Position numbers and translations under genes: made by a program. DNA of 64,000 nt from Dipteris shenzhenensis (lineage: Eukaryota): assembly GCA_047967505.1 (NCBI GenBank), contig CM106538.1. One strand, written 5' to 3'. How positions within the stretch are numbered: the first letter of the stretch is position 1; every line of letters begins with the position of its first letter. A model generated the notes under the pieces. It saw nothing but the letters and a program-made list of their open reading frames with translations. It was not told the origin of the DNA and did no database searches. Shown piece by piece: positions 51,561 to 64,000 of this stretch.

Positions 51561-53939
51561 TCAGAGATCTCTCTCTCTTTTCAGAGGTCTATGTACCTGA
51601 TGATCGAGACTTTTGTTTCTGATCTATTTTTATTATTGCTACAACTTGATGTATTTTGGGGTCCTCTACCCTGGGTCGTCCCTTTAAAATGATATGTATT
51701 GACTGTTTTGTTTTCATTGAGTCTAAAGGTCCTCTACCTTGGATAGTCCTCCTAAAAAGATGTATTGGTTTTCATATTTTGGTGTGTGGCTCCCTAACAT
51801 GTCCTGTTATGAAGGCAAGGGGGGATGTACTGTGGGAGCCATATGTATTGGCTTTGATAGGTCTCGTTATCAGGCCTGGCCGAGTTTCAGGATGTTGGTG
51901 TATTCCTAGACCTATGAGCTGATCATGTAGCCATGCTATAACGTGAGCCTCTGAGCGTGTTGAGTCTCAAGCCATGAGAATGCTTGGATCAACCTCTGAA
52001 CACGCTTAGACTTTAGCCTCTAAGTTACATAGGGTGCACAGTTTGATGACCGTCATTGTCATGTTCTGTTCTTGGTTCCATTCTAGTAGTCTCTCACCTT
52101 GCCTTCATGGGGGGGTGTTGGAATATGAAGCCAAAGTGAGTCTAAAATGAGTGTTCTAGGTGTGGTTTTATAGTCTAGTGAGTCCTAGATATGCCACGTG
52201 TCATATTGGGAGATATCCCATACACATTGTGACTTTCTAGAGTCTAGTGGCACACTATATAGTGTTGTACTTGTCTATTGTCTATCACATCAGTCAACAT
52301 CAAGCTCTTTGGTATCATGTGAGTACTTGTCCATTGCTTTCATTTTCTTTCCATTTCATTTCCATTATGCTTGTTATCTTTCCTTTCCATTCCTAGTGTT
52401 AGCTTTCTTCTCTCCCTACCACTATGATCCTTCAGTTATGGCATGTCCTACAAATACCTTTGAGTTTATGGGCTCCTGCCACATTCTAGCCCCAACTCCG
52501 GTGTCCACCTATTTTTGTCTTTCCACCCTCGCCATCCAGCTTGCCTATGGTTAGTCCGAGATCTTGACATCCTTTCGCGCCGGCTATAAGTGGCATAAAA
52601 GGGGAGAAGATTTCCGTAAGGGTATGGAAGGAAAGAAAAGAGAAGAGGTATTGGCCAAGTATTTCTTTGCACGCTTGTATTTTGTGCCTGGCCATTTCTT
52701 TATCATGCAGAGTATTTGCCTTGCATTAAACATTTTTCTCACCGTGACTCCTTTTGACTTCGTCTCTCTCTTTCATTCCACCTTTCGTGCCAATGTGCGA
52801 AAGTGTCATAGGCGAACACATACATGCACATGTGGGCCACATCTTACCCCGCTCCTCTATCAGTGGTGGCAGGCTACCTCGCCTCCTATTGTGGTAGCAC
52901 GGCTCCCATCTCACCACCCAGCCCCTCCTGTTACTGGGGCTGCATCTTTGTCTCAACCCTCTTCTACATCCCCTACCTGTGCCGTTGTTGCCTCTCCAAC
53001 ATCCGTGCCTCTTCCTCTCACTGCTACATCCACCCCACCACCATCCCCCCTTCATGCTTCTCCTCGTGTGGCTTCCACTTCTTCATGCGCTTCGGGGACC
53101 CAGTTGGTGGTCTTATCTACACAGGTGGCGAGTCAATCTCTTTCTCTAGATGCTTCTTCAGATGCTTGGGCATCTTCTTCTATGACTCCATATTTTCATC
53201 TTACTGTGGTATCCTTAGTAGTCAGCATGCTCCCTGATTTGATTATTGCTACTGTTCACGAGGGAGAGGATTCTCTGGAGCCACTTGATCCGCCATTACA
53301 AGAGGGACAGGTTGCTGCAGATTCTTCCGATGTTTCACAAGTTCTGACATAAGGTGCACCACAGGCATTGGCTACTTCTCTAGGTCTTGGATTCACAATT
53401 CCACCATAGGTGGCTCATTCATTTGATCTCAAGCTTAGAGTGGGCATGGGCGCTCCTAGTAGTGATGTTGCTGTTAATCGGGCTCAAGCACTTCTGATTT
53501 CCTCAAAGATACAAGCCCCACACTTTTCGCTCCGGCTGCCCTCAATTCCCACGTCTCCTGGACTTTAGATGTCACATGTACCAGTGCCGCTACCCAGGTT
53601 GATACTCTTCTAGGCTATATCTTTGATGGTGATTCTTTGCCTGAGGCTGTGGAGTGTCCTCCCGTGCATGAGAATGATATGTTGTCCATTTATCTCACTT
53701 TATCATCGGGGCTATACAGTTGGCTTGGCTCACTTCTCCGGGCAGGTTTTGCTTCGATTCACAGCAAGCTTTTGTACACAGTTGTCTTGGTTCAATTCTC
53801 AACAAAAGCATTTTGTATATCGATGACCTGGTTCATTTTTTTGGACAAGTTTTTGCTGGATTCTCAGCAAGGTTTGTAAGTAGTTGGTTTGATTCAGTTT
53901 TTGTCAGGGGTTTTTCTATATAGTAGCCTTTTGATTCGA

Positions 53940-54810
53940 GGGAGAAGAAACAACAAACCTGCGATCTCTAACTACACTCCATGTTTGACGAGGAGGATCA
54001 GGGGCCAAACGAGGATACCATGGAGAGAAGGATCACTCTTGTCTTTCTTCTTTGGGAAATTTATGGCAAAATGCCCACAGAATTTGCAAATGTGACATTG
54101 ATCTAGACAACCAGTAATCTCGATCCTCTATTGAGAGAGGGAGCCATCTAATATATGAAGCATGATGCGATCATCACAGACGTTAGGGTTGGTCAGAAAC
54201 AATTTCCATAACATGTGGAAGTCTATCAGACCTACTGGGTTTGTTGCTGAAGAATGCAAGCTAGGGAGAGGGGTGACCTCTTTAACCACTCTGAAAGAAG
54301 CTCCAATGGTGGGGAGGGGCTCGTAGTTCAACAAATGATAGCCAACTGCAAGCGGTGATAAACTTGTGGAAGGCCCGAAACCTGATCAACAAACAGGCGA
54401 TCTGCTTGTCCTTCTCTACTGGATCAAAACCCAAGGTATAAGGAGAAAGGAACATCTTTGAGGAGAGGGATAGCCTGACATACCTTTGTTGTGATGTTTT
54501 CTGAATAAAAGACCAGTTGAAAGGAACCTCTATCCAAAGTCAAACATCTGATGAGTGCTTGGAGAGGTCAGGAGGTAAGGCAGAGAGCATCAAATCCTGA
54601 GCATGACTTTGTGACGGGTGGGATCTATGAATGCCAAGCAAAAAGGGTAGTGGAACTTTAATATCCCACATGTTTTGTATTTGCTGCAGCTTGTTTTTTG
54701 AAATAAAAACATTCTCAGGGCTTATGAGGCGGAAGAAGGATTGGCTGAATGGGTAGCCATTTGCTGATCTTGAGCTGGAAGGCCAACTTGAAACCTTTAA
54801 CAAAATAGTC
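53940..54810 (-). mobile_element. Degenerate LINE ORF2 C-terminal fragment (tentative)
   Basis: Fragmented minus-strand frames with LINE-like Trp/Phe/Pro-rich content; no catalytic motif. Confidence 0.35.
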
Positions 54811-55323
54811 CACTACTGCGTGACTTGAGGGAAACTAAGAAACAAAAGGCTGAGGGTTTTCTAGGAGAGGGAAGGCACGGAAGGAAGAAGACAGGAGAGA
54901 GGAGCAGAAGGGTTGGCAGGCTGCGCAACCAGATCCGTTTGCCCCTTTCCCAGCCCACTGCTCCCTCTGCTGCTCTCTCCCAGACTGCTCATGTTCCGCC
55001 TCATTCCTCCGCCTCCTCCCTTCCTTCCTGTCTCCACCCCTCCCAGCTTGCAGCCTGTACAGTGTCTGTACAGCCACCCCCACAGCCCAGTAGAGGGAAG
55101 GCGAAGGAGAAGGGAGGATGGCGGGGAGGAACGGCCGAGAAGAGGCAGAGAGGAGCAAAGCAGGTCACACAGAGGAATAGCAGCAACTTCAATCAATGTT
55201 TGAATATGAAAACAAAGGATTGGTTTCCATTTCCCAACTGCTGAAAATGTGAAAGACCTCTGTATGTTAAGAAACTTAAAGTGAATTTGGGCTTATGCAA
55301 TAGGGCATAATAGAGGGGCGTTT

Positions 55324-58300
55324 TGACAAAATATGAAGAGGGGAGAGGAGAAGAGTGGAGATGAGGAGAGAGGGCACAACTAGAGAGCACACCACAAATG
55401 ACTAACTGTACACTAGATTTAGTTGAAAGAATAGAATATATACAAACCCATTTAGGATTAGGGTTAGGGGATCTAACCCTTTTCTTTATAGCACTCTATA
55501 AGGTTAGTGTTATGCACATATGATCACATGATGGTGCTATGCACACGTGGTCACATGATGTTGAGCGTGAACTCTCAACACCTTCCCTCAAGATCAACAT
55601 CATGAAGTAGGCCTTCCCTCAAAATGATGATTCTGGGAATCGAAGAAGGACTGAGCATTACATTCCATCACACCCCTTTAATGGGAATGTCCTTCCTCTG
55701 CGTCAAACCAAGATCTAGTCGGTGTTTCTCGAATAGCTCTTTACCGAGTGGTTTGGTAAAGATGTATGCAACATTCTCTTTGCTATAATAATGCTGTAGT
55801 GTGATGTCACCAAGTAACACTTTTTCTCTGATGAAGTGCTCTCTGACATCAATGTGCTTTGTCCTGGATTGATATACTGGATTCTTGGCCAATGCTTGAG
55901 CCGATTGATTATCGCAATATATTGTTGTTGGCTTTGACTCATCAAAGTAATCTGTTTCTGACAATAGTCTTCTGAGCCATATTGCCTCACATGTACCTGT
56001 AGTGAGTGTCCTATATTCTGCTTTAGTCGAAGATAAAGAAACAGTTGGTTGTTTGTTTGACAACCATGATATAGCACCTTGACAAGAAAAAATGCATATC
56101 CCTGTGTCGATCTCCTGGTCTCATGATCTCCGGCATAGTCACTGTCACAATATCCATGCAACCATGGCTGACTTCCTCTGTATTCTATCCCAAACTGTCT
56201 TGTACCTCTGATGTATCTCAAGACTCTTTTGGCTGCATTCTAGTGAGACTGTTTTGGATTTGCCATAAACTGTGCTAGTGAGCTTACTGCATAACAAATA
56301 TCTGGTCATGTGATTGTCAGATATATATAAGAGATCCGATGAGCTGCCTGTAGTACCTGTCATTGACTGTAGGCTTTTCTGAATCTTTAGTAAGTTTCAA
56401 ACTTTGTTCCATGGGAGTGGCTGCAATCTTGCAATCTGTCATATGAAACTTCTTCAAGAGACTGTCAACATACTTGAGCTGACTCATGAATGTGCTATCT
56501 GAATCTCTCCAGAACTCAATTCCAAGACAATGGTGCATAAGTCCAAGATCTTTCATGTTGGTTCGGTAGGAAGCCGATTAAGCAAGTGTGGCTTGTGTCC
56601 AGTGAATGCTTCATAAGGAGTCATATCCTGTATCGGTTTGGTAGGAAGCCGATTAAGCAAGTAGTTTGTTGTAGCTATTATTTTTGTCCAATACTGATTC
56701 AAAAGATGCTTTTCACTAATCATTGCTCTAGCGCATTCTGCTAAAGTCCCATTCTTCCTTTCAGCTCTTGCATTTTGCTGAGGAGTATCTGCACATGTGA
56801 ATTGTCTTCGTATGCCGTGATTTCTGCAAAAGTTCATGAATGTTGAAGACATGTATTCACCTTCTCTATCTGATCTCATCACCTTGATCTTTCTACCAAT
56901 CTGGTTTTCTACCATGGCTTTGAATTCTTGAAATTTGGAAAACACTTTAGATTTCTTTTTCAAAAAGTAGACCCAACAATATGCTGTAGTCGTCGATGAA
57001 AGTCAAGTAGTAAAGTGAACCATTGATGTTGCGGGTTTGGGCATAACCCCATACATCTGTATGAATTAAATTAAGAATACCTCGTGCATGAGGGGTACTT
57101 CTGCCAAAGTTGGTTTGCTTTTGTTTTCCGAAGCAGCATGCTTTGCAAACCTTTCCAGGAAACTGTAGCTTCGGAATCCCAATTGCCATATTTTGATTCC
57201 TAAGATCTAACAAGTACTTGAAATTGACATGACCATATCTCTTGTGCCATTTTGCAGATAGTGGCATCTATTACGGTTGAGCTGACATGGCATGCTTATC
57301 TCGTACTGTAGCTAGCATTCTGTATAAGCGTCCTTCCTTAACACCTTTTGCTATTAGTTGACATCTTTTGGATTTATCTCTGATAGTGCATTCATCACTA
57401 TCGAAGATCACTCGATAATTGTGTTTCGTCATTTGACCTACTGACAAGAGGTTCTTGCTGAGCTTCAGACCATAGAGCACATCTTTCACCAATCCTTTCG
57501 TACTAGTGAAATTGTTCATAGGGATAATACCTGTCCCTTGAACCGGATTCGGTGTATTGTCTACTGTGTAGATGACATTTTTCTGACCTTCTAATGGCTT
57601 CATTTCTGTGAACCATTCCTGATGATTTGTCATGTGAGATGATGCACCGCTGTCGATGTACCAAGGATCCTGTTCCACTTGGTCGACTTGATAGCTGAAA
57701 TCCTCTTTGGGATTGTAATCAGTGTCTGGGTACACTGTATCAGTCTGATGCAATCTGTGGAGATTCCGTCAGAATCTCGTAGATTCTGTCGTCCTCTGAG
57801 ATGCAGGAGGCATAGGAGGTATGAAGAAGCTCGCGATGAAGCGGCTGAGGCAGCCAATGTAGATGAAGGAGTCGATGCAGAGGGTCGTGCAAAGGCTTTG
57901 GAGCTAGAGTCCGTTTGCTGTGTTGGAGTATGCTGAAGGTCGTCCAGTAGGAGAGCTCGTGAGCTCTGTGAAGGAAGGTGAGCTACTGCTACTGGATCTG
58001 GGTGTTGGATGCATGGAGCCGACGGTTGGAGGAGCTTTAGTGGAGGCTGGAGGTCTCAGCCAGTCCTATGGCACTGCGGGATGTGGTGCTGTGAGATGTG
58101 GCACTGCAAAAGCATTGTTCTTACACTATGGAGGCATTTCGTGAGCCGTCGACGTTGAATAGAGCCAGGGAGCCAGCTGTCATTGAAGGCGGCTATGGAG
58201 TTGTAGAGTCATCGAGAGCCGCTGTGTGAAGGAGAGCAGCGTTGAAGGAGAGCAGGTCGGCTTGCATGGAGCTAAGGCTTGTTGTAGACGGCTGTTGCGT

Positions 58301-59189
58301 TGTGCTTTGCTTGAAGCTGGAGCTGGGGCGTTAGCTGCTTAGAGGATCACTCAGCTGCTTATCCTTTGTTGTGTGGCCTGCGCTACTGGTTACATAGCCG
58401 TTGTCGAGCGTGATTTGTAGGTAGCATGGGTGATTAGTCGAGTCATTGTGAGAGCTTGTGAGTCCGTCCTAGTTGATGTGTTGCTTCATGTTGCATATGT
58501 TGAAGGTCATCTTCTAGTGCTGAGTTAACCGTGCTCGCTTGAGTCGAGCCTTTGCTTTAGGTCATAGGTGCGAGTTGAGTGCCTCCTATGTGTAGATTAG
58601 GATATGAAATCTCTCACAGAGAGAAAGATTGTACAGAATACACACACTAAGGTCTCTCTCATTCTCTCTCAATAACTCTCAGAAGAGCTACAGTCAAAGA
58701 ACAGATCTCTCCAAGAATGAAAGAACTCTCAAACACTAGGATATCTCTCTCTCTCAGACAATGAAATCTTTGAAGTAAGAAGAACTCTCTCTTAAATGGG
58801 TGGACGGAAATTTTCTTCGCATGAACGGAAGTCTCTCATGAAAGAGAACACTCAATCTCTCTATCACTTTCTCACACTCTCACAAGAAGGATGGTGCGAT
58901 GGTGCCTCAGCGGAAGGCAGAACCATGCTCTGATACCATGACAAAATATGAAGAGGGGAGAGGAGAAGAGTGGAGATGAGAAGAGAGGGCATAGCTAGAG
59001 AGCACACCACAAATGACTAACTGTACACTAGATTGAGTTAAAAAAATAGAATATATACAAACCCATTTAGGGTTAGGGGATCTAACCCTTTCCTTTATAG
59101 CACTCTATAAGGTTAGTGCTATGCACATATGATCACATGATGGTGCCATGCACACGTGATCACATGATGTTAAGCGTGAACTCTCAACA
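55324..59189 (-). mobile_element. Internally deleted Ty1/copia element
   Basis: Direct LTRs 55324-55580 and 58939-59189; exact TSD CGTTT; PBS at 58927-58938 (GCTCTGATACCA on plus); PPT 55581-55591. Confidence 0.93.
55668..57753 (-). pseudogene. Copia pol remnant: protease, integrase core, RT C-terminus, RNase H
   Basis: WYIDSGASSHMT; WHKRYGH...[31 protein letters not shown]...RTKHIDV; deletion junction at ~56553. Confidence 0.9.
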
Positions 59190-59312
59190 CGTTTGTCAAA
59201 TTTTTCCTTTTGTACTTGTATTAGTAAGAAAGGTCTATTTCTTGCCAAAAAAAGAGTGACAAGAAAAGAGGGAGCTTGTGATTTATTTTATTTTTCAATG
59301 AGGAGCTCATGA

Positions 59313-59585
59313 ATTTTTTTTTTCAATGAAAAGACTTCTGTTAAATATGAAAAAACCCCCAAGAGCAATGCTCATGGGGAAGAATCACATCATGCATAGC
59401 ATGAAAACCAAAAATACCATGAGTGGGCAAACAATCTGCTCATAAAAAAGAGCTAGTAAAGTACCAAGGTTGAGGATGAAAGTGCCACCTCAAACTTGTA
59501 GTGGACTCTCAAAATAGAGGAAATAGTCCTTTTGGCATATGCTGCCCGGGAAGACAACGAGCTCTTGATTTTGGCTACAGAGCTT
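59313..59585 (-). mobile_element. LINE 3' end interrupted by a copia LTR
   Basis: T-run, AGACTTCTGTTAA motif and CAAGGTTGAGGATGAAAGTGCCA as in other copies. Confidence 0.8.
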
Positions 59586-60341
59586 TGTAGGAACAAAGTG
59601 GAGACAGGTTGTGAACACAGGTGAGCAAGAGTGCACACACAAGAAAGCTTAAGAAAGCTCCAATAGAAATGTTCAAATGAAACAATACAAGTACTTGGTA
59701 TATATAGTACCCAAGTACTATCGGTCAACCATAGGGTTGACTTTATGCCTACAACACCATATCTTTGTAATCTCTTACAAATCCCCCCTCAAAGATATGG
59801 CTGAAAGTACCCTGGAAACATCTCAAGTGTACCCTGCGGTACCTAAAGTACCATGGTTGCACAAATTCTTCCAGATGGATATGCAACCTATGGGAGTACA
59901 TGAAAACAATGTCATTGTGAATCACTTCACAACCCCCCTTGACATTGTGAGAATGTCTCTGATTCCCAAGCCATGTCGATGTCGTAAGAAAAGTTCTGTT
60001 GACAGGGCTTTGGTGAAGAAATCCGCCACATTGTCCTCAGATGGACAATAGATGAGATCAATGAAGCCATCAGAAATACAATCCCGTACATAATGATAAT
60101 GATTTTCAATGTGTTTCATGCGAGCATGAAAGAGAGGATTGTTGGCTATGGCAATGCAACTCTGGCTGTCACAAAAGATAGAGTTTGCTTCGCCATCCTG
60201 TGCATGATGCAAGTCATGCAAAAGCTTCCTTAACCACGTTAACTCCGTAGTGGCTGAATTTGCAGCTTTGTACTCTGCTTCACTGGAGGAAAGAGAGACT
60301 GACTCTTGCTTCTTACTGAGCCATGAGATACAAGCTGAACC
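59586..60341 (-). mobile_element. 3' end of a Ty1/copia element (RNase H, PPT, 3' LTR 59586-59779)
   Basis: FCDSQSCIAIANNPLFHARMKHIE...ADFFTKAL; minus-strand PPT GAGGGGGGA at ~59782-59790. Confidence 0.9.
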
Positions 60342-63300
60342 TGTAAGAGATTACAAAGATATGGTGTTGTAGGCATAAAGTCAACCCTATAGTTGACCAG
60401 TAGTACTTGGGTACTATATATACCAAGTACTTATATTGTTTCATTTGAACATTTCGATTGGAGCTTTATTGTGTGTGCACTCTTGCTCACTTGTGTTCAC
60501 AACCTGTCTCCACTTTGTTCCTACATTTGGTATCAGAGCGCTTTCATCTCTAGAGCCCATTCCTATGCTTGCTTCCGGACTCCCGCAAGCTTGGTGCTCC
60601 AGAGCGCGTTCCTGGTTCTCACATTCAGCTCTCCAGCTTTCGTTTGAGGTAGCTCCAACAGTTCAGCGGCTGTTTTTTGACCTTTTGAGGTCCGATATCG
60701 ACGTTTTTTTGAAATTTCAGAGCTGTCCGCAGATAAACAAATCTGTCCCGCACCATTTCAGGCGGGGTCCGTACAGTCCGTAGGGATTTGTCTGTACAGT
60801 TGCGCGACAATGCCGCGAGTCCATACAACTTGTTGGAACCTGATTTCGAGCCCGTATGACTTGTTAGAAGGTGATTCAAGCATTTTTCGGCTGTTTGTGG
60901 GAGTTTTTGCTCAGACCTGGACCTTTTTCAGCTCCAGCCTCTCTCAGGTGTGTTCCAACAGCTCCAGGCTTTTCTCTACATGTGTGTTGTGTTCAGAAGT
61001 ACTCCCGACAGCTTCATTTAGCTCCAAACAGCTCACTTCAGCTTGCCCACACAGTCAGTGGACTGTTTTGCAGGTGTTTCGGACCAAGGTTCACTTTCAG
61101 TAAGTGTTTTGAGCTGTGTATTTCGCTTCGGGACTGTTTTTGCAGCCCATACTCTTGCACTCTCAGGTGCATTTGCAGATACTCTGCATTGTTGGACGCA
61201 TTTGCAGTTACTTTACAGTTGTGGATGCTTTTGAGTTCCGTTGGATGCATTTGAGCACTCGTAGGTGCGCTCTTTCAGATTTGGATTGTGCATTTTCAGT
61301 TTGGGATTGCACTTCAGATTGCAGCAGAGTGCAGTGATTGGTTGATGCCATTTTTGCAGTGATTGCATAGTGCAGTCAGTGGCATTTTAGAGCAACCAGT
61401 CGTACTTTGCATTTGCAGCCAGTATTAGTTTGGGATTTGCAGGCACATTTGCAGCCAGTTGCACTTTTGGGACTAACAGTTCTTTTTGCAGGTACATTTG
61501 CAGCTTGTGGGTATCCCATTTTGCATCATGTCGACTCTTTCAGGCAGTTTTGGCAATTTGTCGGAGGGTGACAAGCTGGATGGACCAAACTATGCCTTGT
61601 GGTCATTCATTCTTAAGAACATGTTGGTTGGTAAGGGCTTGTGGGATATTGTTAGTGGGGCTGAGGTGAGGCCAGCAGGCTCATCTACATCCAGGATAGC
61701 TTCTTCGGGTCAGGCAGACAGCAGACTGCTACAGTCCCTCCTGCTAGTCCCATAGCATCGACGGAGGAGCAGAAGAAGTTTGACCGCCGCAGTGCCCAAG
61801 CGATGTTTTTGATTGCCACAAATGTGAAGAGGCACATTATAACGACTATCAAGTCATGCAAGGATGCAAAGGCAGCATGGGAAAGATTGGCAAACATGTA
61901 TCAAGTTAAGAATGAGGCAAGAGTCATTGCCTTGACAAATCAGCTCAAGGATCTCGAGATGCAGGAAGGCCAGGCCATCACTGATCATATTGCCAGGATC
62001 ATTGATCTACGTGATCAGCTCGCAAGTATTGATGAGGAAATAGAAGACAAGAAGCTCGTCTCTATTACTCTCAATAGCATAGCGGCCTCATATGGCACAT
62101 TCGTCACTTCATTAACCATCGTTCTCAGGGCAGTCCCACTCTCGTTCGATGAGTTAGTTGGGCTTTTGTTGCAGGAAGATAAGAGATGCTCAAATTTTGC
62201 CAAAGCCTCTCATTAGGGTGAGCAAGCGCTTGCCATGGGCGGAAAAGGTAAATTTCAGAAAAAGCTTGAGCCAAAACACAGCCATACAACTCAGCCCAAG
62301 GAGGGGAATGCAAACAGTTCAAGCAAAAATCAGAAAAAGGGCAAATACAATTATTCCAAGAAGCCAGGGCATTACATCGCAGAGTGTCAGAAAAGGATTG
62401 CCAATGAAAAGAAGAGGCAAAGTGACAGCTGTAGCAGTAGTTTTGTTGGCCCCACTGAAACTCGTGCTTCAGATGCACATGGTGAAGCTCATCTTGCCCA
62501 AGGTGATAGAGATTTTGTGTTTGCTGCATTTAATGAGGAGATGGATGCCAGGGGGGATTTGATTGCTGAAAATCAATCAGGGGATGCTTCCCTTGTTGCA
62601 AGTGATACATGGTATATCGACAGTGGTGCTACTAAGCACATGACTCCTCGCCAGGAGTGGTTTGAGAGCATCACACCTGTTCATGGCAGACAGGTTACCT
62701 GTGCCAATGATGCTTCTCAAGACATCATCAGAGTTGGGCACATTCCCATTCAGCTTGATAATGGGAAAGTTAAGTATATCCGAGATGTTTGGTATGTTCC
62801 AGAGTTGAGGCAAAATCTGATTTCAGTTTCAAATATTGCCCATGATCAACATATGTTGGTCGAATTTCAGGATAACCAATGCAGGATCAAGGATCCAAAG
62901 AAAGGGTATGAGGTTGTAGCAACAGGCACATATGACAGAGGCTTATACAAGCTTGATGCTCAGCCTTATGATCAAAAGGTATTGGCTGTAGCAAACACTT
63001 CCCAGGCTTATTTATGGCATGCCAGGTTTGGACATGTCCATCATAGGGCATTGTCCTACTTGTACAACAATAATATGACTCAGAGAATGCCAAAATTACA
63101 GCAACCAGCAAATGAAGTGTGTGAGAGGTGTGCACTTGGCAAATTGCATCGCTTGCCATTCAATAAACAAGGCAAGAATTAGGTCAAGGCAACCAGAGTG
63201 TTGCAGATAGTGCATAGTGATGTATGTGGCCCCATGACTATTCCCACGCATAGAGGAGCAAGGTACCTTGTGACCTTTATAGATGACTTCTCTAGGTTCA

Positions 63301-63400
63301 CATGGATTTTTCTCATGAAGGAAAAATCTGAGGTGTTGTATTGGTTTCAGGGGTTCAAAGCTAAGGTTGAGAACCAAACCAATTCTAGAATTGGAACACT
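60342..63400 (+). mobile_element. 5' part of a same-family Ty1/copia element (LTR 60342-60525, PBS 60528-60539, gag-PR-INT from 61528)
   Basis: KLDGPNYALW, WYIDSGATKHMT, LWHARFGH...CERC, VHSDVCGP, FIDDFSR; truncated at ~63400. Confidence 0.92.
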
Positions 63401-64000
63401 CAACTGCCTATCAATCTCTTCGAGGGTAGAGGGCGGAACCCTTCGAAGAGTGTTCCTGAAGCTCCCCCAAGCTTTTAGGATGGCAGTCATGAGAGGAGAG
63501 GCAGGAGATCTGAGAGAGGCGGAAGTAAAAATCCAGCGAGGACTGTCCACCCAATCATCTCCCAAGGTAGGTGTGCAAGCTTGAATGCGTCCAAAAAAGA
63601 AATCCTTCCAAGGTTGTTGCCTAGGCACGAGTCCCCTCACCACCACCTTACAGAGCAATGCCCTACACTGCAAGTCCGGGTCAATGATATTAAGGCCCCC
63701 TTCACATGTAGGGAGAATAATGGTCTCCAAGGCCACCCTCATTGCAACATCTGTCGTGCCATCAAGTCCACTCCATAAAAGATTCCTGAGTGGTCTAATG
63801 AGCTGAATGATGCAATCCCTAGACCGGCACCAGCAATAACACACAAACCAGGCGGTGGCCAAAAGAACCTGGTTCTACTACCACAACTCTAGATGCAAGG
63901 TCAAGTTTGGCTGAGCTCCAGAATAGGAGCTTTTTCCTTATACTTTCTAGTACTGGGGCAAACCGCTGTGCTGGAGAGATGCCCAATCCTACCTAGCATC
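63400..64000 (-). mobile_element. LINE ORF2 fragment running off the window
   Basis: LPTCEGGLNIIDPDLQCRALL...SPLMTAILKAW, colinear with 29900-30500. Confidence 0.88.

Larger units (their letters stand above)
42897..52434 (+). mobile_element. Gag-only non-autonomous LTR element (TR-GAG-like, ~2.65 kb without its nested insert)
   Basis: 5' LTR split into 42897-43027 and 49911-50105; PBS 50108-50118; 3' LTR 52116-52434; G-run PPT; TSD GCTAT/GTTAT; LTR family shared with 11261-13370. Confidence 0.9.
42540..53900 (+). mobile_element. Probable LINE ORF1-like relic split by the 42897-52434 insertion (parts ~42540-42896 and 52435-~53900)
   Basis: The TSD joins both sides; Pro/Ser-rich ORF 52564..53352 resembles the ORF1 tail at 30900-31600 in composition. 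Confidence 0.4.

Noticed and set aside
55451-55470. Interstitial telomere
   Set aside because: Only 2-3 imperfect units, duplicated as part of the copia LTR.
59586-60525. A second element with inverted termini
   Set aside because: One LTR has its own PPT and RNase H, the other its own PBS and gag; this is ordinary nesting of two copies.

Overview
Eukaryotic plant nuclear DNA made almost entirely of nested retroelements: Ty3/gypsy, Ty1/copia, non-autonomous LTR elements and many L1-like LINE fragments. A large-genome seed-free plant such as a fern is my inference only. The elements appear to lie inside very long introns of a plus-strand host gene, for which I can read five phase-compatible GT-AG exons (8926-9018, 9803-9863, 10037-10275, 10371-10463, 28201-28270). 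The stand-out object is a 6.9-kb chromovirus-type Ty3/gypsy element at 43028-49905. Its two 463-bp terminal repeats are inverted rather than direct, it has a PBS but no polypurine tract, and it still sits in one clean 5-bp target-site duplication inside the LTR of a gag-only (TR-GAG-like) element. No RNA genes or CRISPR arrays were seen. Family names come from motifs read by eye, not from database searches, and boundaries of degenerate fragments are approximate.
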